A stretch of 27,598 bases of DNA from positions 1 through 27,598 of the forward strand of contig JAEOSI010000002.1 in assembly GCA_016840425.1 (NCBI GenBank), read 5' to 3'. The position numbers were made by a program, and so were the translations under genes. Below, in pieces: positions 16,329 to 24,773 of this stretch (within the stretch, counting starts at the first letter, position 1; the number at the start of each line of letters is the position of its first letter). This DNA comes from Candidatus Wukongarchaeum yapensis (GTDB taxonomy: Archaea > Asgardarchaeota > Wukongarchaeia > Wukongarchaeales > Wukongarchaeaceae). The notes under the pieces were generated by a model. That model searched no databases. It was not told where the DNA came from and saw only the letters and a program-made list of their open reading frames with translations.

Positions 16329-16748
16329 CTAATATTTATAGCCTCGTACTTCTTCTGGTTTTGATTCCACTCCGAGCCCTAGAGCGATGCGATTGACGAA
16401 GTTAAAGTAACTTGTAACCAAATTTATGTTTAGAATTTCTTCGTCTGAAAACTCCGAGTCTCGTAAATTGTTAATATCAGCCTGATTAATTGCATGGGGT
16501 TTTTTTATCAATTTGAATGCATATTCAAGCATTTTGTGAGTTCTTTCAGGTAGATCAAGAGATCTAAAGTCTTGGATTAATTTCTTTACACGTTTGTTAT
16601 CTTTCCAGTAATTATTTAATGCTTCTGCATGATCTTTCATAGCTTGAGGGTTCAAACTGTGAACTTTCAAGATATTCCCTACCTTGCCACGCTTTTCTTT
16701 TAACTCCCCATTAGCTTTCCCCTCATCTATAACGCTAATCCAAGGCAT
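16329..16748 (-). pseudogene. AhpD/CMD-family peroxidase-related protein with in-frame deletions, no Cys left
   Basis: MPWISVIDE...NILKVHSLNP, MLEYAFKL and FSDEEIL...TSYFNFVNRIALGLGV match the family. The segment carrying the CxxC helix is absent (AMKDH joined directly to AEAL). The frame is open, so expression is possible. Confidence 0.75.
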
Positions 16749-16950
16749 AAATCATCACTCTCGGTTATTACTAATTTTCTACCATCTAATTACATTATTA
16801 GGCGTTTTTGCTTGGCTTTACCGATCAAGAATTTCGGATGCGTCCTCAAAGGAATACAGGAGGATTTCGGGGTGTGTTTCACCCGTGAAAAAGTTTAATT
16901 ATGCTTTGATGCTTATTAGCCTAAAATAGGTTCCGAAATGGTGACTAGAA

Positions 16951-17157
16951 GTGTCTGTTCCAGAAACTACTGAAAATTGGAATGATTGTCTTTGTGGTTA
17001 TTGTCCAAGTTTCGCTGGAAAACCAGACTTTTATTGCGCGAAGGGAAAAGCTGAAAAAAAGGTAGAAAAAAAGGATTGTAAATGCCCCGAATGCCCAGTA
17101 TGGATTAAATACAGCTTGAAAGATAAATATTACTGCATTATCGGAAAATCTAAGTGA
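16951..17157 (+). CDS. Small 8-Cys DUF2769-like protein
   Basis: Two copies of CxCxxC...YCxxGK in 68 aa. GTG start; the stop is supplied by an IS-end copy. Confidence 0.8.
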   Translation: MSVPETTENWNDCLCGYCPSFAGKPDFYCAKGKAEKKVEKKDCKCPECPVWIKYSLKDKYYCIIGKSK

Positions 17158-17172
17158 ATTACCCGCCCTTAC
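17154..17172. mobile_element. Half-hairpin copy of the tnpB element end
   Basis: GTGAATTACCCGCCCTTA versus GTGAACTACCCTGCCCTTA at 732: one substitution and one gap. Confidence 0.65.
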
Positions 17173-17449
17173 TAGATTTTCCCTAAACTCTTATCAAGAA
17201 CCTTACTCGCTCTATTTAAAGTAATACCACACACCTTATCATTTAATTCTACCACTAAGACATCATAATAAACGAATTCCAATATCAAAACTACTCTGAC
17301 AGGGTTCAATTCGGGTTAACAGTTGCGGAAAAGTTTAGAAAGAATGGAGTCTTCCTACGAAAAATCTTGAGCGAAGCAAGGGATTTGGTCAAGCTTAAGC
17401 GAGTCTTATGCTCGGTTTTAGGCGATGTTTTCTGCATTCTTTTCATCAA

Positions 17450-17899
17450 TCATAAATCAACCTCAAAAAGAATCCCTATCTCTTCAAATCCACATTTCTT
17501 ATAGAATTCTCTTGCTTTAGTGTTCACTTTTTCAGTACTAACTTCAACTTCACAACATCCAAGCTGTTTACACCTCTCAATAGCAGCTAATACCAACCGC
17601 TTGCCAATACCTTTACCCCGATATTTTTTAGTGATAATAAGCTCATCAATCAAGCCAGAAGGACCAGAATGCAAAATTGTCTTTCGAGTCGTAAAGTTGA
17701 TGAATCCAGCTACCTCCCCTTCTATTTCTGCAACCAAAAAATAAGAGTTAGCGTCACTTAAAAGATCTCGACAGTTTTCACCAACCAGTTTGATGTCAAT
17801 ACCCTCAGTATCTTCTATTACCTCTATGAGTTCTGCCATCAATTTTTCAATTGCCTGCAAATCAGATTTCATAGCCTCTCTGATAAGAATATCAGTCAT
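17450..17899 (-). CDS. GNAT N-acetyltransferase
   Basis: LIDELIITKKYRGKGIGKRL and NTKAREFYKKCGF. ATG at 17899 after GGTGG. Confidence 0.92.
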   Translation of the reverse strand: MTDILIREAMKSDLQAIEKLMAELIEVIEDTEGIDIKLVGENCRDLLSDANSYFLVAEIEGEVAGFINFTTRKTILHSGPSGLIDELIITKKYRGKGIGKRLVLAAIERCKQLGCCEVEVSTEKVNTKAREFYKKCGFEEIGILFEVDL

Positions 17900-17989
17900 A
17901 AAAACCACCATCTACAGATTTAGAAAAACAACAAAAATAAGAAGAACAAGAAGAGGAACTAGATCCTTGCTATTCTCTTTTTCATCTCT

Positions 17990-18667
17990 CTAGAACTCAA
18001 ATTTGCCTTTTAACAATCTAGTGCCAAAGATCATGGCAAACACAGCCATTAAGATCGCTGGAAATATCTCTGCAATAGCGTTACTACCCCATGGTCGAGG
18101 AATAACGAAAAGAGGAGCCAAACAAAGCGCGATAACACCAAGCAGAGTTATAAACCACCCCAAAGTCTTTTCAGGCGACCTTCTAACGACGGTTCCGATA
18201 AAAAGCAAATACAAAGGAACCAAGAGAAAGAAGGAAACAGAAGCCACTGCATGCGGAAAACCTGTTGTTTTCGGAAATATGCCCACAGCGCACAAAGCAA
18301 CCATGTCAAGAAAAAAGAGTAACGTTCCTAAACGTCCTAAAGGCGTATCTAACATAGGAATCTCTCTGATATTGGCTGCAAACACGATTCCCATAATCCC
18401 CGCTACTATAAGCCCAAAGTTGAAAATAAGCGACTCTTTTCCAAGGGCAGACCATATCGGCCTTTCACCAACATCACCAGCCAGATCGCTCAAATAGTTG
18501 TCTGTCCAACTAAACCATGGAGCAAAATAGATAGCCGCTCCTATGAAAGTTAAGCCAATAATTGGGCCAAGCACGCCACATAATCCACCTACCTTCGGGG
18601 ATATAAGCCGTTTTAATCCTGTTTTATCTACTATTCTCTCTATTATATTTGACAATTTTTTCACCAT
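17990..18667 (-). CDS. DUF998-like membrane protein
   Basis: About six hydrophobic helices with FSWTDNYLSDL, IFNFGLI, VGIFP and HAVASVSFF. Confidence 0.8.
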   Translation of the reverse strand: MVKKLSNIIERIVDKTGLKRLISPKVGGLCGVLGPIIGLTFIGAAIYFAPWFSWTDNYLSDLAGDVGERPIWSALGKESLIFNFGLIVAGIMGIVFAANIREIPMLDTPLGRLGTLLFFLDMVALCAVGIFPKTTGFPHAVASVSFFLLVPLYLLFIGTVVRRSPEKTLGWFITLLGVIALCLAPLFVIPRPWGSNAIAEIFPAILMAVFAMIFGTRLLKGKFEF

Positions 18668-18755
18668 TTCCTATGCCTATACTCATATTTTTGCCGAATG
18701 GTATCATTGTAAAAGAAGTTCTGCGTAAACAGAATTTTGGCGGGGTAAGACCTTG

Positions 18756-18962
18756 TTACTGGCTTTCTCTTCGCTTTGCTAAATAATCAGGCAATAAAAG
18801 CCCACCAACGCCTATACTATCATTTGGATATTCCTTGATATAGACATAAAAAGCTTCCTTAGGAATTCCTGTAACCCTAGCTGCAACTTCTGTAAAACCT
18901 TTAACTAGTTCCTCTTTCTTATCTTTATCCAACTTTCCCCCTTCATATGATACTACTGGCAT
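18756..18962 (-). CDS. 4-oxalocrotonate tautomerase family protein
   Basis: Pro-1 after Met, KKEELVKGFTEVAARV and V.IKE....IGVGG; 68 aa. Confidence 0.92.
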   Translation of the reverse strand: MPVVSYEGGKLDKDKKEELVKGFTEVAARVTGIPKEAFYVYIKEYPNDSIGVGGLLLPDYLAKRRESQ

Positions 18963-19015
18963 AAAACTTTCACCCCCTTGAAATTTTATTATTTCCTTTG
19001 TCTTTCCATTAATTT

Positions 19016-20785
19016 TTAAACATCTAGGTTGTTAATGATCGGGTTTATGATTTTTCTTTCGATAACGTTTACTAAACCTTTATCCGTTATTCTAAGTTCT
19101 GGGATTACCGCGAGGGCGATAAAGCTTAGGGTTGCAAAGGGGTGGGGTAGTTTTGTTCCGAGTTTTTTTGCAGCTTCTGTTAGTTTTCGGGTTTTTTCTG
19201 CAACCTCTTGGACTGGTTTATCACTTAATAGTCCGAATAATGGTAGAGATAACGCTTCAAGGATCCCTCCATTTTTCCCTACTATGAGACCGCCGTTGTT
19301 CTTTTTGATGGCTTTTACTGCTTGAAAGATTTCTTCAGGGGTTGTGCCTACTGTCACTATGTTGTGGGAATCGTGGGCTACTGTTCCTGCTATGGCGCCT
19401 TCTTTTAGGTTAAATCCTTTAATGAACCCCAAGCCGACGTTTCCTGTGCCGTGATGTCTTTCAACAACTGCTCCATACAAAACATCTTTCTCTATATCTA
19501 CCAATATGTTTCCTTTATCATCGACATTCAAGGTCTCTACACCTGCTTTTGTTAAGATGGTATCTCCGAAGACTTGGATTACGTGAACTTTGATCGTTTT
19601 TTCGCCATTTGGAGCTTTAATGTTGAATCTGTCTGGTGTAATGTTTTTTGTGTGGATTGAGCTCCTTGCTTTTTTTGGATATTCAAACCTCCCAGTTTCG
19701 CCTAAAAATTCCCCGTCCTTTGCCACCATTTTTCCATCTATTATAACCAACTCCGCCTTAAACCTTTCAAGGGATTCAAGTAAAACCAAGTCCGCTTTTT
19801 TTCCTGGGGTGATGCTGCCGATTTCTTTGTCTTTTCCGAGGTATGTTGCAGGGTTTATGGTAACCATTTGTACCGCTTTTACGGGGTCTACTCCTTCTTC
19901 GACAGCGCGTTTAAGTAGATGATTTATGTGCCCTTGTGTCGTGAGGTCTTGGGGACTTAGGTCGTCACTGACAAGCAAGCAATGCCTTGTATCCAGGTTT
20001 TTTTCTAATATGGGCTTGATTAAGCTTTGTAGGTTTTTTGAGGCGGACCCTTCCCTAATCATTAGCCAAGCGCCAAGCCTAAGTTTTTCAAGACCTTCAT
20101 CACCGTCCACGGTTTCGTGGTCTGATAAAATTCCTGCGGCAAGATAGGCGTTTAACTGGTCTCCACGAAGTCCTGGAGCGTGTCCATCGATTAAGCGTAA
20201 ACTGTTTGCTTCCAAGATTTTTTCCATGATTTGTGGTTCTGCGTTAATAACTGCGGGAAAAGCCATGACTTCTCCTAAACCGACCACGTTCGTCCATTTT
20301 TTCATGATTTTTATCTCTTTTACCGAGATTTCAGCCCCGCTTGTTTCAAGGCCAGGGGCGGAGGGCACGCAGCTTGGGATGACAAAATATGTTTTAAGGG
20401 GCGTGTTTTCTGCCTCTTTTATGATAATTTCCAAGCCCTCGATGCCCATGACGTTGGCGATTTCGTGGGCATCCCAAAGGATCCCTGTAGTGCCCACGGG
20501 TATGACCGTTTTTGCAAACTCGGTCAAGGAAAGCATACTACTTTCCACATGAATGTGCGATTCTATAAACCCGGGGGAGAGGTATTTACCCTTTGCATCT
20601 ATTTTAACGGTGTTGTTTGCAATCAGGTCATCTGCTTTCCCCACACAGGCTATTCTGTCATTTTTCACAGCGACATCTATATCCTTAAGAACTTCTCCCG
20701 TGCAAACATTTATTAGATTCACACCTTTAACCATTAAATCAGCAGGCACCTTTCCCAGAGCGCAATTAATTATCTCAACTTTCAA
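19016..20785 (-). CDS. ade: Adenine deaminase
   Basis: PGFIESHIHVESS, HEIANV, LGEVM, DGHAPG, SDHE, REGSASKNL and VAHDSHN. TTG at 20785 after GGAGCGG preferred; the ORF track start is 20845. Confidence 0.95.
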   Translation of the reverse strand: MKVEIINCALGKVPADLMVKGVNLINVCTGEVLKDIDVAVKNDRIACVGKADDLIANNTVKIDAKGKYLSPGFIESHIHVESSMLSLTEFAKTVIPVGTTGILWDAHEIANVMGIEGLEIIIKEAENTPLKTYFVIPSCVPSAPGLETSGAEISVKEIKIMKKWTNVVGLGEVMAFPAVINAEPQIMEKILEANSLRLIDGHAPGLRGDQLNAYLAAGILSDHETVDGDEGLEKLRLGAWLMIREGSASKNLQSLIKPILEKNLDTRHCLLVSDDLSPQDLTTQGHINHLLKRAVEEGVDPVKAVQMVTINPATYLGKDKEIGSITPGKKADLVLLESLERFKAELVIIDGKMVAKDGEFLGETGRFEYPKKARSSIHTKNITPDRFNIKAPNGEKTIKVHVIQVFGDTILTKAGVETLNVDDKGNILVDIEKDVLYGAVVERHHGTGNVGLGFIKGFNLKEGAIAGTVAHDSHNIVTVGTTPEEIFQAVKAIKKNNGGLIVGKNGGILEALSLPLFGLLSDKPVQEVAEKTRKLTEAAKKLGTKLPHPFATLSFIALAVIPELRITDKGLVNVIERKIINPIINNLDV

Positions 20786-20953
20786 ACTAAAACCGCTCCG
20801 AAAAATCGAGAAAATATTTTTTGGGAGGGTACATAAGAGTACCAAATTTTTTTATATCTGTTTTTTCCCTATTCTGTTGAAGAGCTTTTTGAATCTTTAT
20901 GATGAGCATATTATCTTATTCTTTATAATTTGAAGTTTAAGTTGGGGGTTAAA

Positions 20954-21793
20954 ATGCGGAATTTGAGGACTACTGTTAAGATTCGTGTGGTTGATTTGGT
21001 TAGTGGAGAGTATGTTCCGCCGAGTGAGGGTTCTCCTGCTTTTGTTAGGACGCGTATTGGTGATGTTAGAAGTGTTAGGGTTTTGGGGACTGTTGTTGAT
21101 CGGTATGAAAGGGAAGATGAACGGGGTTTTGCTAGTTTAACTGTTCATGATGGGTCTGGGGTTGTTAGGGTTAAGGTTTGGGATGAGAATGTTTCGTTAT
21201 TGAAGGATTTTAAAAAGAACGATATTGTAGATATTATTGGTAGGGTGAGTTATTGGGAAGCAAGGGGGGAGATTTTCATTGTTCCTGAACTTATAATACC
21301 TGTTGAGGATTTTAATTGGGAGCTTCTAAGAAGGCTTGAAATAATCGATTATTACAAGAGTTTAGGTGTTTCTTTAGAGCTTCCTCTGATTCCCGTGCTT
21401 GAGAAGCCCTTAGAGAAAGAGAAAACGAAAGATTTGAGGGAAAAGAAAGAAGAAGAATTATTCCCAGAAGATATTGTTCCAGAAATTTTTGATGAGGAAG
21501 TTGGAGAAGGTTTTTCCAAAGAGTTATTAAAATGGGCTGAAAAAGAGTTGGAAGAAAAAGATGAGGAAGAGATAAGCGAGGAAGTTTTAAGGAGAAAACG
21601 TTTAGAAGAACAAAAAGGGAAAGTAGTGGTATTAATTGAGAAGCTTGATGAGGGAGAGGGCGTTCCTTTTGAACAGATTCAGTCTATGATTCAGATAGAA
21701 GAGGACGATCTTTGGGATGTTTTACAAGAGTTATTAGAGGAAGGAACCATCTTCGAAAGGAGACCTACAACATACAGTATCGTAGGAATGTAG
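20954..21793 (+). CDS. RPA32/RPA2-like OB-fold ssDNA-binding protein with acidic linker and C-terminal winged helix
   Basis: OB pattern VRVLGTVV...LTVHDGSG.VRVKVW...DIVDIIGRV, a Glu/Lys-rich linker and the WH-like tail GVPFEQI...VLQELLEEGTIFE.RPTTY. Confidence 0.8.
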   Translation: MRNLRTTVKIRVVDLVSGEYVPPSEGSPAFVRTRIGDVRSVRVLGTVVDRYEREDERGFASLTVHDGSGVVRVKVWDENVSLLKDFKKNDIVDIIGRVSYWEARGEIFIVPELIIPVEDFNWELLRRLEIIDYYKSLGVSLELPLIPVLEKPLEKEKTKDLREKKEEELFPEDIVPEIFDEEVGEGFSKELLKWAEKELEEKDEEEISEEVLRRKRLEEQKGKVVVLIEKLDEGEGVPFEQIQSMIQIEEDDLWDVLQELLEEGTIFERRPTTYSIVGM

Positions 21794-21965
21794 AACAGAG
21801 CAATCCTAACTGCTAAAAGACCATCCCTTTGAAAAACCACCATCAAAAAAGAACTTTGTAACAATTATTTTATTTAAAGATGTTTTGAAAATTCCTCTTC
21901 AGATTTCACAATAGGTTTAATAATAATTTTAATGTAATAAAAAAGCAAAAAGAGGGGCTTGGTTT

Positions 21966-22385
21966 TTATATTGGTGGGACGGAGTGTCGGGCGCCGCAGG
22001 CTTCGCATTGTAGGAAGGTGAGTCTTCCTTCTTTTTCTAGTTTGGTGTCTGGTTTTTCGCATTCTCTGCATTTTACGTATGTTTCTACGTATTTTTCAAG
22101 GACGCTTTCCAAGATTTTTTTGCTAAAAACGCCTGCAAAAATTACGCGTCCTCCTCCTTCTGTTCCTGCTGTTGCAAGTTCTCGGTTCATATACCTGATA
22201 ACGTGTTTTCCTGCCCTGTTTAATCTTGAAAGTATTTCGCTCCAATTTTGAACTATTGTTCTTCTTCCTTCGATAAATATTTCTAGTTGGGGCATTTCAA
22301 ATCTTTTTTTCTCAAAAACAACTTCTGGTAACTGTTTTCTGGCGCGTTCAAGTAACGTTTCATAATCATGAATATCTATGGGCAC
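21966..22385 (-). CDS. eif2b: Translation initiation factor aIF-2 beta
   Basis: DYETLLERA, RFEMP, TIVQNW, RELATAG, YVKCRECEKPDT and CEACGA. GTG start after GGTGA. Confidence 0.97.
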   Translation of the reverse strand: MPIDIHDYETLLERARKQLPEVVFEKKRFEMPQLEIFIEGRRTIVQNWSEILSRLNRAGKHVIRYMNRELATAGTEGGGRVIFAGVFSKKILESVLEKYVETYVKCRECEKPDTKLEKEGRLTFLQCEACGARHSVPPI

Positions 22386-22481
22386 AAAAAATCACCGTGT
22401 CTTTATTTTTACCCTTCTTTTGTCCTTATTTAGTTTTAATATTTTTCATCATAAATCTTTATGAAGGTTGTTATTTAATGT

Positions 22482-22518
22482 GTGAACTATCCCGTCCTTA
22501 TGGAGGGGAGATAGTTAC
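22482..22518. repeat. Solo 37-bp hairpin related to the tnpB element ends (PATE/REP-like)
   Basis: GTGAACTATCCCGTCCTTATGGAGGGGAGATAGTTAC: 23 of the first 27 bases match 732-758, with stems AACTATC/GATAGTT and TCC/GGA. Confidence 0.7.
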
Positions 22519-22672
22519 AAAAGCGAAGTCTTTTTGTAACTTTTTGGATATTAAAGCTTTAAAAGTTGGGGGGGAAGTTATAATGTTTGAGAGAGGTGTT
22601 TTGTGAAAAGTTTAAAATATGTGATTCAAAATCACTTTAAAGTTTGTGTTCTTGGTATGGATAGCGATTATA

Positions 22673-23002
22673 ATGGAACAAGATATTATGGTGTTTGTTA
22701 AGATTCACAAAGGATCAGACAAAGAAGCAGTTATAGCGGCATGTGATGCTGATATTCTTGGAGAAACTTTCTCAGACGATGAAAAGGGTTTATGCCTCCG
22801 TATATCAGAATCTTTCTACGGAGGAAACCTGGTAAGTATTGAAAAAGCTGTTGAAATGATCCAAAACGCTACTAATGTGAACTTGGTAGGAAAAAATATC
22901 ATTAGGAAAACAGTGGAAGCAGGCTTAGCTTCTCCAGAAGCTATTATAACCATAGGTAAAAAAGGTAGAGAAGTACCCCACCTCCTAATTTTAAGACTCT
23001 GA
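22673..23002 (+). CDS. DUF424 family protein
   Basis: VIAACDADILG, FYGG, NLVGKNII and PHL. Start at 22673 or 22688. Confidence 0.9.
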   Translation: MEQDIMVFVKIHKGSDKEAVIAACDADILGETFSDDEKGLCLRISESFYGGNLVSIEKAVEMIQNATNVNLVGKNIIRKTVEAGLASPEAIITIGKKGREVPHLLILRL

Positions 23003-23068
23003 AAAAGCCTCATAAAAACTAAAGTTAATAATGATTTTATTTCTTCATCAATAATTATTAAAAATAAT

Positions 23069-24211
23069 TTGGGAGAAGGTTGTTTGTCTCTGATTAGGGG
23101 TTTTTGTGTTAAATGCGGTAAAAACGATGTTGAGACCTTTAAAGGTCTTTGTGAGAGCTGTTATGTCCAAGAGAATCCGTTAGTCCAAGTTATGATTCAT
23201 GATTCTTTGAAGGTTAATTATTGCCCTGTATGTTTTCAAACTTCAACGCAAGAAAAATGGTATAAGCTGGTTTCTGACCCCTTTGAAAATGTTGTTGAAG
23301 GCATTAAAAAAGCTTTAAGACCGTTGCTGAAAGTGCCAAATGATTCTAATGTGGTTATTAGTGTGGATGTTTCGCCTGAAGAACTGTTTCTGAGGAAGAG
23401 TTTAGATGTGTTTGCAACGGTTTCCGTTTTTGGATCCCCTCTTCCTGGAATAACACCTTTTGAAGAGCGTGTAAATGTGGAAATCTGCCTTCTTCCTCGA
23501 CTTTGTAAGTCTTGTATCGCGGTAAAAGGGGGACAAGTGCGTTCAATTATTCAGGTTCGTGCCCACGATAGGAAACCAACGCAAAGAGAAGTAGAAGAAA
23601 TTTTTTCCCTTATAAATACCGCTTTGAAGCAGTTAAGCGGTTTTGATACCTCCACATTCCCCGTTAAAATTGAGAAAAAACGAACAGGAATCGATTTTTA
23701 CATAAACAATAAAGAAGTTGCAAACTTGGTCAGTAGAAAAGTTTCAGAAACTATGTTGGCAAAAATCACTCAAACCTTCAAAGATAAAGGCGTAGACGAG
23801 AGGGGAAGAAAAAAATCAACCAGCACTGTTTGTATCAGGTTTCCAAGCTTTAAAGAAGGAGATCTAGTCCAACTAAAAAGCGGTGAACTTTTGCAATTCC
23901 TAGCCTTTGAGAGAGAAAAAGCAACATTTTCCGATCTAAAAAACAGGAATATAAAGAAGATCTCCGCGAAAAATTTATGGAAAAACGATCCTAAACTATT
24001 TTTAAAAATAGAGGATGTTCCCGAATTCATGGTTATCTCTATAGGGACAAAAATCGTCCAACTTATGTCTCTAAAAACGTATGAACTAGCAGAGATTTCA
24101 AAAGAAAACGTTCCAAAAGCTATTAAAGAAGGTGAAACAATACCCTGCCTTCAAGACCCTCAAACAGGAGAACTAAGACTCCTATTGAAACAAGAAAATC
24201 CCGAAGAATAG
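23069..24211 (+). CDS. nmd3: Nmd3 family large-subunit biogenesis factor
   Basis: FCVKCG...LCESC, CPVC, LCKSC, IIQVR and GIDFY motifs. TTG start at 23069 or 23084. Confidence 0.92.
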   Translation: MGEGCLSLIRGFCVKCGKNDVETFKGLCESCYVQENPLVQVMIHDSLKVNYCPVCFQTSTQEKWYKLVSDPFENVVEGIKKALRPLLKVPNDSNVVISVDVSPEELFLRKSLDVFATVSVFGSPLPGITPFEERVNVEICLLPRLCKSCIAVKGGQVRSIIQVRAHDRKPTQREVEEIFSLINTALKQLSGFDTSTFPVKIEKKRTGIDFYINNKEVANLVSRKVSETMLAKITQTFKDKGVDERGRKKSTSTVCIRFPSFKEGDLVQLKSGELLQFLAFEREKATFSDLKNRNIKKISAKNLWKNDPKLFLKIEDVPEFMVISIGTKIVQLMSLKTYELAEISKENVPKAIKEGETIPCLQDPQTGELRLLLKQENPEE

Positions 24212-24373
24212 AAGATTTGCCTAGCCTAACAATTTTTCTTTCTTTTCATTTTTAAGGTTATTTTCGTCAATTGTGATAATAAAATATAAGAGGAAGGGAA
24301 AGATTTTAATCGCATGTTTTTTACAGTATTTAGAAGTTAGAGAAAATCTTGGAAAGGAAGTGTGTGTTTTTTT

Positions 24374-24709
24374 ATGCCGAAAAAAGGGAGAACTAAGAGG
24401 AAACATGGGGACGCTAAGGGACCGCAGGAAGTGAGAAGGGTGCCTTTGCCAGGAGATGGAGAAATGTTCGCCATAGCGGTCCAGATGCTTGGTCATGATA
24501 AGCTTAAGGTTCAGTGTGAAGATGGTCAATCAAGGGTTGCAAGAATACCTGGGCGTTTAAGAAAACGTGTTTGGATCCGGCCAGGGGATGTTATAGTGGT
24601 GGCTCCTTGGGTTGATTTGCAATCTGATCGAGTGGATGTTACTTATAGGTATACTAGAACTCAAGCTTCGTGGCTTGAAAGACAAGGTTACTTAAAAAAT
24701 CTCTTGTAA
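24374..24709 (+). CDS. eif1a: Translation initiation factor aIF-1A
   Basis: QMLGHDKLKVQCEDG..R.ARIPGRLRKRVWIRPGDVIVVAPW and YRYT. Confidence 0.97.
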   Translation: MPKKGRTKRKHGDAKGPQEVRRVPLPGDGEMFAIAVQMLGHDKLKVQCEDGQSRVARIPGRLRKRVWIRPGDVIVVAPWVDLQSDRVDVTYRYTRTQASWLERQGYLKNLL

Positions 24710-24773
24710 AAACTACCTTGACGAAATTTAGGAAATAGGATTTTGGTTTTTTTTAGCGGGTAGGGGAAGGTTT

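Noticed and set aside
16840-16890. GGGGTGTGTTTCACCCGT, resembling an IS right end or a structured RNA
   Set aside because: The hairpin pattern does not match the GTGAAC family well, and short stems are expected by chance.
17302-17312. GGGTTCAATTC tRNA T-loop-like sequence
   Set aside because: No complementary T-stem or cloverleaf around it. No tRNA or rRNA gene was recognised in the window.
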